DNA from: a bacterium
GTDB lineage: Bacteria; Orphanbacterota; Orphanbacteria; Orphanbacterales; Orphanbacteraceae
Assembly: GCA_025782575.1 (NCBI GenBank)
Contig: JALGYY010000035.1
Span: 340,670 to 404,669, forward strand
Direction: 5' to 3'
Length of the DNA stretch: 64,000 nucleotides
Below the pieces are notes generated by a model. That model had not been told where the DNA came from and did not search any database. It was given only the letters and a program-made list of their open reading frames with translations. Numbering within the stretch: the first letter of the stretch is position 1; each line of letters begins with the position of its first letter. Below, piece by piece: positions 9,503-19,012 of the stretch. A program made the position numbers and the translations under genes.

Positions 9503-11920
9503 ATGGCGTATCCGTTCGCGGAGATCGAAAAGAAGTGGCAGGACCGCTGGGAAAAGACCGGCGCCCACCGGCCGGATATGGAAGAAGCGAAAAAGCCCTT
9601 CTACAATCTCATGATGTTTCCCTACCCTTCAGCCGAGGGGCTTCATGTAGGGAATTTCTTCGCGTTTACAGGATCCGATATTCAGGGGCGGTTTCACCGG
9701 ATGCTCGGGTATGACGTGTTCGAACCGATCGGCTTTGACGCCTTCGGGATTCATAGCGAGAACTATGCGATCAAGGTCGGCCTCCACCCCTCGGAACTCG
9801 TTCCACGAAACATCAGGAATTTTCGAGACAATCAGCTGAAACGAATGGGATCGATGTTCGACTGGTCCCGCCAGATCGATACTACGGATCCTAAGTATTA
9901 TAAATGGACACAGTGGATCTTCACGACTCTTCTGAAGAAGGGGCTCGCCGAGCGAAAGAGCGGTCCGGTGAACTGGTGTCCCTCATGCAAAACCGTACTC
10001 GCCAACGAACAGGTGATCGACGGGGAGTGCGAACGCTGTGCAAGTGAAGTGGTGCAGCGCGAGATGGCGCAGTGGTACTTCAAGATCACGAACTACTCCG
10101 CCCGGTTATTGGAGAACCTGGACAAGATCGACTGGTCGCCGCTTACAATGAACGCGCAGAAGCGCTGGATCGGCCGGAGCGAAGGGGCCGAAGTCCGCTT
10201 TCCGATCGCGGGCAGAAGAGATGCGCTCGAAGTATTTACGACGCGGCCCGATACGATTTTCGGCGCCACCTATATGGTCATCGCGCCGGAACATCCGCTG
10301 CTCGATGAGCTGACTACCGATTCCCAGCGGAGCGAAGTGGAAGCGTATCGTGACCAGGCGGGCAAACGGAACGCCCGCGATCGCATGGATACTGGGCGAG
10401 AGAAGACAGGCGTCGCTACCGGATCGAACTGCATCAACCCTGCCACGAACGAAGAGATCCCGATCTGGGTGAGCGACTATGTGCTGATCACTTACGGCAC
10501 GGGAGCGATCATGGCGGTGCCGGCGCACGACCAACGTGACTTCGAGTTCGCTACCAAGTTCGGACTCCCCATTCGCCAGGTGATCGAACCGGCCGAGGGT
10601 GCGGACGGGAGCAGACTGGAATCCGCTTACACTGATGAAGGAGTGATGATCTCGTCCGGCCGGTTCGACGGGATGCCGTCATTGGAAGCGATAGGGAAGA
10701 CTACCGAGTGGCTCGAACAGGAGGGGAGAGGCAAAAAAGCGATTCAGTTCCGCCTGCATGACTGGTGCGTCTCCCGCCAGCGATATTGGGGACCACCTAT
10801 TCCGGTCATCCATTGTGAGCAGTGCGGTCCTATACCTGTGCCTGACAAAGACCTTCCGGTTCTTCTTCCTGTAACCGACGACTACCAGCCTGACGATTCC
10901 GGATTATCGCCTCTTGCGCGGATCGAGTCGTTCATGAAAACGACCTGTCCGGAGTGCGGCAAAACAGCAAGACGAGACGGCGATGTGCTCGACAATTTTC
11001 TGGATTCGGCCTGGTATTTCCTGCGCTACCCGTCGACCGACAGGAACGACATTCCCATGGACCCGGCCCGCACCAGGAAGTGGCTCCCTGTCGATCTCTA
11101 TATCGGCGGAAACGAGCATGCCGTGCTTCACCTCATGTACACCCGGTTCATCTGCATGGCCCTTCACGATCTCGGCTATCTTGATTTCGAAGAACCGTTT
11201 CATCGATTTCGCGCCCACGGCATGATCATCAAAGACGGCGCCAAGATGAGCAAGTCTCGGGGGAACGTTGTGAACCCGGACAGCTTCATCGACCGGTTCG
11301 GAGCGGACACGTTCCGGATGTACCTGATGTTTCTAGGACCCTATATGGAGGGGGGGGACTTTCAGGACGACGGAATTATCGGCATTCATCGTTTCATGGA
11401 CCGCACCTGGAAGCTATTTTCCAACTGGCAGGAAAAAGAGGGGGCCGAGCCCTCCCGGGAGACTCAGTCCGAACTCCACCGGGTGCTCGCCAAAGTGACG
11501 GAAGATACGCGGGAACTGAAGTATAACACCGCCATTGCGGCCCTGATGGAGCTCCTGACAGCCCTCAGGAGGGAGAAAAGCCTGGATCGGGCGACTCTGG
11601 AGGCCTATCTGCAGCTATTGGCCCCCTACGCGCCCCATATGGCCGAGGAGCTGTACGAGAAGCTCGGTAATGAGCGTTCGATATTCGAATCCACGCTCCC
11701 CGAGGCCGACCTATCGAAGATCGTCCGTGATCTCGTCACGATGGCGGTTCAGGTTGGTGGAAAGATGCGCGGCACTATTGAAACGCCCCCGGGAACGCCC
11801 GAAGAGGAGGTCCGGGAGCTTGTCAAAACTGATCCCCAGATCGCCAAACACCTCGAAGGGAAAACGGTCGTCAAATGGATCGTCGTGCCGGACAGAATCG
11901 TCAATATCGTAGTTCGGTGA
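9503..11920 (+). CDS. leuS: leucine--tRNA ligase
   Basis: About 805 aa class-I aaRS with HVGN (HIGH) and KMSKS motifs. AGGAAGGA RBS 8 nt before the ATG. Confidence 0.95.
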   Translation: MAYPFAEIEKKWQDRWEKTGAHRPDMEEAKKPFYNLMMFPYPSAEGLHVGNFFAFTGSDIQGRFHRMLGYDVFEPIGFDAFGIHSENYAIKVGLHPSELVPRNIRNFRDNQLKRMGSMFDWSRQIDTTDPKYYKWTQWIFTTLLKKGLAERKSGPVNWCPSCKTVLANEQVIDGECERCASEVVQREMAQWYFKITNYSARLLENLDKIDWSPLTMNAQKRWIGRSEGAEVRFPIAGRRDALEVFTTRPDTIFGATYMVIAPEHPLLDELTTDSQRSEVEAYRDQAGKRNARDRMDTGREKTGVATGSNCINPATNEEIPIWVSDYVLITYGTGAIMAVPAHDQRDFEFATKFGLPIRQVIEPAEGADGSRLESAYTDEGVMISSGRFDGMPSLEAIGKTTEWLEQEGRGKKAIQFRLHDWCVSRQRYWGPPIPVIHCEQCGPIPVPDKDLPVLLPVTDDYQPDDSGLSPLARIESFMKTTCPECGKTARRDGDVLDNFLDSAWYFLRYPSTDRNDIPMDPARTRKWLPVDLYIGGNEHAVLHLMYTRFICMALHDLGYLDFEEPFHRFRAHGMIIKDGAKMSKSRGNVVNPDSFIDRFGADTFRMYLMFLGPYMEGGDFQDDGIIGIHRFMDRTWKLFSNWQEKEGAEPSRETQSELHRVLAKVTEDTRELKYNTAIAALMELLTALRREKSLDRATLEAYLQLLAPYAPHMAEELYEKLGNERSIFESTLPEADLSKIVRDLVTMAVQVGGKMRGTIETPPGTPEEEVRELVKTDPQIAKHLEGKTVVKWIVVPDRIVNIVVR

Positions 11921-12157
11921 GGGGGCTAGGGCGTCTGAGATTGAGCGATACTTGTCGAGTGTCGGGTCCATGTAAAAACCAACTGACCGGACGCTGCTCG
12001 CCCAGGATCATCCCTGAGAAAACATATGCCGGCGGGGACAGGGTTCCTTGGTTAATCCTGTATTTGAATTGCAGATCCACTAGTCATCCTTATTGTACTA
12101 TGCTATTATTTGCAGTGGTTTACTAACCTAACAGCCTCGGCAGGGAAGGAAACAACT

Positions 12158-13363
12158 ATGAAGACCATGGTTCTCGTGTTCGCTCTGCTCTCCGCAATAT
12201 GCGTCCTCAGCCCCCTTGCGGCTACGTACACTATCAACGACTCTGGGACAGGGGACTTCGCAACCATCCAGGACGCAGTCCTGAATATGGTCGCCAATGA
12301 CGTCTTGCTCTTGGAGGATGGCGTATACAGTGGTTTCAACAATCGCAACATTGTAACATCAGGCCTTCCAATCCGCATAGCCAGCCTGAACGGACCCGAT
12401 AACTGTACGCTCGATCTTCAGAACAACTATCTCGGATTCCTCTTTTTCAATGGAGAGGGTCCCGGCACCGTCATTGAGGGGATTACCTTTATCAACGGTT
12501 CGAGCAACAACGGTGGTGCTATCAATATCACCAACACGAGTCCGACAATTCGCGGCTGTGTGTTTCGCAACAATAACTCTTCTTTTGGTGGTGGTCTTTT
12601 CATGACTGGATCCAGCTCGCTTGTTGAGGACTGCCTTTTTGATTCCAATACGGGCGAATTCGGCGCTGGTATCAGCATCAATAGCAGTGGCGTCGCGACG
12701 ATCAGGAATTGCCGATTTGTTAATAATGATGGTTTTCCCCGTGGCGGAGGCATGCATATCTCCGGCTCCAACAGTTCGATAGTGGAGAACTGTGAGTTCT
12801 TCGACAATAACGCTACCGCTGGAGGCGCAGTCTTTGTAGCGGCCGCCTCAAATGAATTCCGTGATTGTCTTTTTGTCGGCAATTCGGCCGTGGCGAGCGG
12901 CGGCGCTCTTCATTTTAGAATATCGAATTCGCCGTCCGTCATTTCGTGCACGATTTACGATAATGAAGCAGGCGATTTCGGTTCTGGAGTTTTTTCCCGC
13001 GATGGAGCCTCGGTCTCGATCGAGAACACGATCATATCTTCCGGCCGAATCGCTGAAGCTGTGTACTGTTTCAATGGTGGGAGTGTTTCTCTGTCCTGCT
13101 CGAATGTGTTCGGTAATCCGGGCGGAGACTACGTCAGCTGCCTCGCCGGATTGGACGGGTCTTCGGGTAACTTTTCTCTGGATCCTGAATTCTGTGATGC
13201 GGTTGGCGATGACTTCACCCTTCACAGCGACTCCCCGTGTGCTCCAGGCAATCACCCGGACGGCGATCTCTGTGCGCTGATTGGTGCGCTTGATGTGGCG
13301 TGTGGGGCGACAACGGCTGTGGAGCAGACGAGTTGGGGCGAGGTGAAAGGGATGTTTCGGTAG
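12158..13363 (+). CDS. secreted right-handed parallel beta-helix repeat protein (pectate-lyase-like fold), low-GC
   Basis: Signal peptide MKTMVLVFALLSAICVLSPLAA. Many N/S/G-rich PbH1-like repeats (GGAINITN, GGGLFMTGS, GAGISINSS and others). GGAAGGA RBS. GC is visibly lower than the flanks. AT-rich upstream region. Confidence 0.7.
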   Translation: MKTMVLVFALLSAICVLSPLAATYTINDSGTGDFATIQDAVLNMVANDVLLLEDGVYSGFNNRNIVTSGLPIRIASLNGPDNCTLDLQNNYLGFLFFNGEGPGTVIEGITFINGSSNNGGAINITNTSPTIRGCVFRNNNSSFGGGLFMTGSSSLVEDCLFDSNTGEFGAGISINSSGVATIRNCRFVNNDGFPRGGGMHISGSNSSIVENCEFFDNNATAGGAVFVAAASNEFRDCLFVGNSAVASGGALHFRISNSPSVISCTIYDNEAGDFGSGVFSRDGASVSIENTIISSGRIAEAVYCFNGGSVSLSCSNVFGNPGGDYVSCLAGLDGSSGNFSLDPEFCDAVGDDFTLHSDSPCAPGNHPDGDLCALIGALDVACGATTAVEQTSWGEVKGMFR

Positions 13364-13955
13364 TCGAGGAGTATATTCACAAAGCTGCTTGACTGAGTGT
13401 TCGCGATAGCCGTTCAATTGTGTATTCCGATCGAGCACTCGTAAATCACATCACTTCACTCACTCGGGGCATACGCTCGTCGATCAGACCAGCCTGAGAC
13501 CAATTCTCATGACATAGGCATTCATGCGGGGGAGGGCCCCGTATGCCATCTACAGCCCATCGCCCGCATACCCAGCCGCTTATCCACTCCCTGTCCACAC
13601 CACTGCTAGGTTTACAGAATATAGATTCTACGACACTCACGGGATGTGGATAACCAGGCCCCGAATGTACTTAATGTAATACATGAGGCACAGAAAGCCG
13701 GCGCAGAAGCCGTTGAAGAGCCTCGGGACGGCCAAGAGGCGTTGGTTCCGCAGCACCGTGGCCAGGAATGGGCTGAAAGTACGCTTCTACCCGGTGGCGA
13801 CTACGGAGAAGCGCGCTGTCGTTGTGCACGATCGAGTCCTGGGGATCCGATCGGCCCCTATGACGGGACAAGAAAGACGCGGGAAGCCGGAGTCAACGCC
13901 CCCCGGAGCCCTCGATTCAATCAACTCCCGAAAGAGGAATCGGGACGAATAGTTG

Positions 13956-14001
13956 ACCGTTGAGTCGCTCTCAATTGAGAGTCAGGTTTACATAATCCAG
14001 G
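13956..14001. repeat. direct repeat copy 1 (accgTTGAGTCGCTC..GAGTCAGGTTTACATAATCCag, internal 14-nt palindrome)
   Basis: About 85% identical to the copy at 14362-14407, roughly 406 bp downstream. A partial GGTTTACA copy lies near 13606. Confidence 0.5.
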
Positions 14002-14361
14002 TGGGAGAGAACGTTTTGTATCAGCGGCGGCCGGGAAAGCGGCCGTCCATCTGCATGCAATTGTCACCTAGCTGCTCACGGCATTCCCAAGGTCACTTGT
14101 GTATCTAATCATACGGTCCACGCCTTGGTCACGCAGCAAGCAGCCAGTCCCGGAGGCTGGCTTCGGCCTGCCCCATGACGGCGGATAAGAACCCGTCGAG
14201 ATCGGCGACCTTGACGCTTCGCCGATGCGGCTCGGTTCAGTCGACCTTCTGATTACGCTTGATCGATGAGCAGCCTAGTGGGCGGAGCCATGCGTGACGG
14301 ACCTCACCTCACTGAATTCTGAATGATCTAGTGGAGTCCGGATCATAACCAGGGCTGGTCT

Positions 14362-14407
14362 ACCGGTGAGTCGCTCCCAGCAAGGGAGTCAGGTTTATAT
14401 AATCCGG
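14362..14407. repeat. direct repeat copy 2 (accgGTGAGTCGCTC..GAGTCAGGTTTATATAATCCgg, internal hairpin)
   Basis: Matches copy 1 and contains a perfect TATAAT hexamer. Confidence 0.5.
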
Positions 14408-14426
14408 ACAGGATTTGTTCGGCCCC

Positions 14427-14456
14427 GACAAAAAGCCCGGCTCCAGGGCCGGGCTG
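14427..14456 (-). terminator. intrinsic terminator of the YfgM-like gene
   Basis: Minus-strand hairpin cagcccggccctggagccgggc followed by TTTTTGT. Confidence 0.5.
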
Positions 14457-14489
14457 AATCGGACAATTGTGTGATCCGGCCCCAGTTCT

Positions 14490-15179
14490 TCAGCTGCCGT
14501 TGCCGAGTCCCCGTTCGATCCGGGCCTTCTGCCAGGCGAGCGTAGCGATGTCCATCGGATCAAGATCATCCTCGATCAGCTGACCGAGTGCGTCCCGTGC
14601 TTCGTCAAAGCGCTGCCCGTCTACCAGACACTGCACGGCCCGATAGGTCAGATGCGCTTTCGTTTCAGGCTCTTTACTGCGAGATGCGAGATCCAGATAG
14701 GACTGAGCAGCTTCGACAAGCTTGCCGTCACTCTCTTGGAGTGCCGCCACCCCGGATTTGGCCGCAAACCAGATCCGATCGCCCTCTTCACACTTCTCGA
14801 GAGCTTCCCGGTACTTACCGCCCGCATCGCCGTACCGTGCTGAATAATAGTAAGCATCAGCGCAAAGAAGCGCTGCGTAGCCGGCACCTTTATGTTTGGG
14901 ATGGGAATCGAGGAAAGTGCTGAGACGGAACGCGGCTTCCGGGTAGTTTCCTGTCTGGAATAGCCCCGCGCCCTCGCTCAGTTCGGCCGCAGCTTTATTC
15001 CTGGACGATATCTGGAATCGGGCGAATAGTGTACCCACAAGGATAATAGCAACCACTCCGCCTACCGTCAAGAGTACCTGCATCCGGTGTTCCTGGAAGT
15101 AATCGGCCGCGTGAAAAGCGGTCGTAACGAATTGATCTTCCTTCAGTTGACGCTTTGTGATCCGTTTAGTCGCGGCCAC
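14490..15179 (-). CDS. YfgM-like membrane-anchored TPR protein
   Basis: N-terminal TM helix (VLLTVGGVVAIILVGTLFA) then TPR-like helical repeats. GTG start after AAGGAGAG RBS. Confidence 0.6.
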   Translation of the reverse strand: MAATKRITKRQLKEDQFVTTAFHAADYFQEHRMQVLLTVGGVVAIILVGTLFARFQISSRNKAAAELSEGAGLFQTGNYPEAAFRLSTFLDSHPKHKGAGYAALLCADAYYYSARYGDAGGKYREALEKCEEGDRIWFAAKSGVAALQESDGKLVEAAQSYLDLASRSKEPETKAHLTYRAVQCLVDGQRFDEARDALGQLIEDDLDPMDIATLAWQKARIERGLGNGS

Positions 15180-15405
15180 GGTTCGATCTCTCCTTTCCGT
15201 TCAGACTCAAGCATTACAACTTAGCAGAGCGAGTCGAGCGGGGCAATAGTTTTGGCGTTTCTTCTGCACCATTTTCCGGTAAAGGGGGCAGCCGGATGCA
15301 GCCTCCCCCCTCATCCGCTCGTTTCGCCTGCTCCCCTCCGCAGGCTATTTGTCTTGACCGGTATATTTTTTACCACTACCATTTCGGCGCCGCGGAGGAC
15401 AGCCT

Positions 15406-17922
15406 ATGCAAGGGACACGGCTCCACCGAGATAGCCGTCTGGAGAGGGTATTGGTCGTCCTGGCCCCCCTTCTGCTCCTCTACGCCCTGATCAGCCTTCA
15501 CCGGCTTCCCGAGGCGCCCAGCCTGGGCCATCATCTTCGCCAGTTCACCATTACCGATGTGACGCCGGGCGGACCTGCCGATCGAGGGGATATTCGTAGC
15601 GGAGACGAAGTTCTTTCCGTTAACGGCGTCCCCAGGGAAAGAACAGTCGATCTCTTCGTTGCCTGGGGTGCGATCCGTCCGGGTGACTCGGTTCTTTACA
15701 CGATTACCAGGGACGGTGAAGTACTCGAGCGGGCCGTCACCGCCGAGGAGAAACTGGGGAACGAGCGCCTCTCGGTCATCCTACGCACGATTGTGGGCAT
15801 CTGTTTCGTAGCCCTTGGACTCATTGTCTACTGGAACCGTGCCGATCAGGTGGCCACACTCTTCTATCTGGCCGGCCTGGCGTTCGGATTCATGCTGATC
15901 GAACCTCCCCCCACTGCCAGCATTCCGCTTCAATTTCTCATCAAGATCGGGTCCGACTTCAGCATTCTGTTCGTCGCCCCCGTTTTTCTTCAGCTGTTTC
16001 TGAAGTTCCCGAGACGAAAGACGATCCCCCGTGCCCTCTTCCTGATCCGTCCCGTACAGATCGGCTCTATTCGCATGCGCTTTCCGCTCTACTGGATCAG
16101 CGCCATGATATTCGGATTGAGCCTGATACTGTCAGTTCAGCTCTTTTTCTCCGGCCTCACATGGAGCGCCCGCCTTCTTCTCTTCCAGACTTTGACGGCA
16201 CTTTATCTGCTCGTTTGTCTGCTTGCCGGGATCGCCGCATTCCTGCACAGCTATCTGACCACCAAGTCCCCCCAGATGAAGAAAAAACTTCGAGGAGTAG
16301 CAATCGGAACCACCATCGCTCTTCTCCCCATGGCAGCCACGAATGTCATCAAGATGATTCGGCCGGATACCGAGGTGCCCGGCGGAACCTATCTTATCCT
16401 GTTGGCCACCCTCCTCCCCCTCAGCTTCGGTCATGCGATCATTCGGTACGGTCTGCTCGACCTCGAGCTCATTATCAAGAGAAGTATTCTCTATACACTT
16501 CTCACGGCGTTTCTCGGTGCGACCTATGTCTTCCTGGTCGATCTGACCGGTGGACTCCTGAAAAGTTCGGGCGGGAACACGAGCCTTCCTGCCACACTTG
16601 TATCGCTGTTCTTGATCGCTCTCCTCTTCTCCCCCGTTCGGAACCGGATTCAGGACTGGGTGGATCGTACGTTTTACAGAGAGAAGTACCGCTATCGCCG
16701 CACACTTCATGAATTCAGCCGCGCCATTACGAGCATCCTGGATCTGGACAGGCTCGTTCAAGAATTGGTGGAGCGGATTTCAACCACTCTCCATGTACCC
16801 GACGTCGGGATCTTCATCAGTGATGATAATGGCCAACACCTGCTGCAAGCGGGAGCGGGCGCCGGTCGACCGCGCGGAACGATCGTCTTCGGCGAAGACG
16901 ACCATGTCATCCATCTCCTGAAAAAGAACCGCGAGGCATTCCCCATCGAACGAATTACGGACGGCGAGGGGACTTTCATCCTGCCTGACGAGGAAAAGGC
17001 CAAGCTTGAACAATTGGGGACCTCCCTTCTCATGCCGCTCATCTCAGGCGACCGTCTTGCCGGAATAGTATCTTTAGGACGAAAGCAATCAGGCGAATTC
17101 TACTCGGCGGAGGACAGGCAACTTTTGAACACCCTCGCGAACCAGGCCACACTGGCAATCGAAAATGCCAAGCTTCACAAGGAGACTCTCGAGAAGGAGA
17201 GGATGAAGCAGGAACTTCGCCTCGCCCGTGAGATTCAACTCCACTTTCTCCCTCCCGCTCCCCCCACTCTCCCCCATGTGGACGTGGCTGCTGTGAATGT
17301 GCCGTGCGAGGAAGTGGGGGGCGATTACTATGACTACGTGATTGGTGAAGACGGTTCGCTCGGCATCGTCGTGGGAGACGCGGTCGGGCATGGTGTAACG
17401 GCAGCCCTCCTCATGGCAAGCCTGCAGGCGACATTCCGGGCGGAAGCAAGATGCAGCCGATCTACATCGGAAACGATGATGGCGATCAACGAGGAGATGC
17501 ATGCCCGTACCGCATCCGGACGATTTGTCACGCTCTTCTACGGACGACTGGAGGCGGAAGGGGGTGTCTTTCGATACTCGAATGCCGGGCATAATCCGCC
17601 GGTTCTTGTCAGGCAGGATGGGAGTGTGGATAGCCTGGACGGCGCGGAACTGATCCTGGGCGTAGAGGGGACAACGGAATACAGAGAACACCTCGACCAC
17701 CTGGATTCGGGAGATCTCCTCCTGCTGTACACGGATGGTCTGACCGATGAACCGAATTCGCGGGATGAGTACTTCGGCGTCGACCGGGTGGTCGAAATTG
17801 CCAGAGAGAACCGGACGCGGTCCGCCTCGATCGTCGCCAACGCGATTTACCGGGAGGTCGTGACCTTCCTGGAGGAGCCCGTTTCCGATGACATCACGCT
17901 GCTCGTATTAAAGAAACGATAG
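15406..17922 (+). CDS. multidomain sensor phosphatase: PDZ + polytopic membrane domain + GAF + PP2C/SpoIIE (RsbU-like)
   Basis: N-terminal PDZ (TPGGPADRGDIRSGDEVLSVNG), about 8 TM helices, GAF, and C-terminal PP2C motifs (GGDYYD, GDAVGHGV, YTDGLTDE). Confidence 0.8.
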   Translation: MQGTRLHRDSRLERVLVVLAPLLLLYALISLHRLPEAPSLGHHLRQFTITDVTPGGPADRGDIRSGDEVLSVNGVPRERTVDLFVAWGAIRPGDSVLYTITRDGEVLERAVTAEEKLGNERLSVILRTIVGICFVALGLIVYWNRADQVATLFYLAGLAFGFMLIEPPPTASIPLQFLIKIGSDFSILFVAPVFLQLFLKFPRRKTIPRALFLIRPVQIGSIRMRFPLYWISAMIFGLSLILSVQLFFSGLTWSARLLLFQTLTALYLLVCLLAGIAAFLHSYLTTKSPQMKKKLRGVAIGTTIALLPMAATNVIKMIRPDTEVPGGTYLILLATLLPLSFGHAIIRYGLLDLELIIKRSILYTLLTAFLGATYVFLVDLTGGLLKSSGGNTSLPATLVSLFLIALLFSPVRNRIQDWVDRTFYREKYRYRRTLHEFSRAITSILDLDRLVQELVERISTTLHVPDVGIFISDDNGQHLLQAGAGAGRPRGTIVFGEDDHVIHLLKKNREAFPIERITDGEGTFILPDEEKAKLEQLGTSLLMPLISGDRLAGIVSLGRKQSGEFYSAEDRQLLNTLANQATLAIENAKLHKETLEKERMKQELRLAREIQLHFLPPAPPTLPHVDVAAVNVPCEEVGGDYYDYVIGEDGSLGIVVGDAVGHGVTAALLMASLQATFRAEARCSRSTSETMMAINEEMHARTASGRFVTLFYGRLEAEGGVFRYSNAGHNPPVLVRQDGSVDSLDGAELILGVEGTTEYREHLDHLDSGDLLLLYTDGLTDEPNSRDEYFGVDRVVEIARENRTRSASIVANAIYREVVTFLEEPVSDDITLLVLKKR

Positions 17923-18267
17923 CCTGCCACGCTCAGAAGCAACCTGCTCCATTTCTGAACACTACCGGTAAGAAATCCCCCGATCGGTAAATTCACTTGC
18001 ACCCTTGTTGAACACCAAACCGAAATACAAATCCTGGCAACCGCCCCAATATCAACGCATTAGCGAATTCTGCTCATTTGGCATCGATTCTGCGTAAATA
18101 CACCTCTACAGCAATGTTGTGGTGACCTCCTCCAGTTCCATTCCGGGACTCCGGCGGCACCACTGAAGCTGGCGCCCCCGGGCGCTTTCAGGAAGGGGTG
18201 ATGCCTATGTGTTCGGACGACGTTTCCTCGGATCTTCGAATTCCTTGCACCGGAGGTGACGTTCAAC

Positions 18268-18339
18268 ATGCTTATCAAACTGGCTCTGTCCCTTTTCACG
18301 TTCTGGGGAATCTCGGACATCTTTTACTGGATGCGGTGA
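18268..18339 (+). CDS. small hydrophobic peptide (23 aa, MLIKLALSLFTFWGISDIFYWMR)
   Basis: ATG 9 nt after GGAGGTG RBS. Single TM-like segment. Too short for the ORF track. Confidence 0.3.
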   Translation: MLIKLALSLFTFWGISDIFYWMR

Positions 18340-18375
18340 TTCTCGACGAAAGCTGAGCTTTCAGGAGGTCTTGCT

Positions 18376-18492
18376 GTGAAACTCATGACCACAACCGTGT
18401 TGATCGGAGTTCTCACGATTCTAGCGATAGGTGCGGAACTGATGGGCTGGTTCGGTATGGGATTGCCGGGCGAGCTGTCGGGCTTGTTCTAG
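18376..18492 (+). CDS. small hydrophobic peptide (38 aa, (M)KLMTTTVLIGVLTILAIGAELMGWFGMGLPGELSGLF)
   Basis: GTG 5 nt after a perfect AGGAGG RBS (or ATG at 18385). TM helix with a GxxxG-like motif. Confidence 0.3.
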   Translation: MKLMTTTVLIGVLTILAIGAELMGWFGMGLPGELSGLF

Positions 18493-18597
18493 GACCTCCC
18501 GGACCGGCCGGGGGGGCCGCACTTCTGAAGAACCCCACACCCATGGGGTCTCCCCTGCCGGGTCGTTCTGCCGACCCCGTTCCCAGTCGATCGTCCG

Positions 18598-18837
18598 TCA
18601 GCCGTTATTCCGACTTTCGGCCTCCTCCTGACAGAGCGTCTCAATTCGAGAGAGTATCTTCCTGGCAACGCGAAGAGTGTGATCGACCGATTCGTCGGCG
18701 AGGCGAGTTGCCACACGAAGTGCCTCGACAGCCTCATCGAATCGACCAGCTTCCTTTAACTTCCTGTATCGGGACAAGTAGTCCGCCACTACTCGGCGGC
18801 GCCCCTCAAGTCCATATGGATCATCTTTCGGAATCAT
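18598..18837 (-). CDS. hypothetical protein (79 aa)
   Basis: ORF downstream of the fliA-HATPase gene pair. No recognisable motifs. Confidence 0.3.
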   Translation of the reverse strand: MIPKDDPYGLEGRRRVVADYLSRYRKLKEAGRFDEAVEALRVATRLADESVDHTLRVARKILSRIETLCQEEAESRNNG

Positions 18838-19012
18838 TCGTCCCCCCGATTGCCTCCGTATTCTTGCAAGGACCGGGCCCCTGTTCCCAGGGCCTGAAAG
18901 TCTCCCTACAGCCTCCCGTAATAAGAGGTTAGGCGATCCGCTCCGTGTGGATACTTTCGATTATCGGGGAATTTGACCCGACCTCGGGGCATTCACCCCC
19001 AGTCGGGACTAT

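Noticed and set aside
13364-14425. Possible tmRNA, RNase P RNA, SRP RNA or CRISPR array in the gene-free region
   Set aside because: No tRNA-like 3' domain, no conserved RNase P/SRP core motifs (GGAAAGUCCGG, GGUCCGGAAGGAAGCAGC), and no regularly spaced repeats. Only two 46-nt direct repeats were seen.
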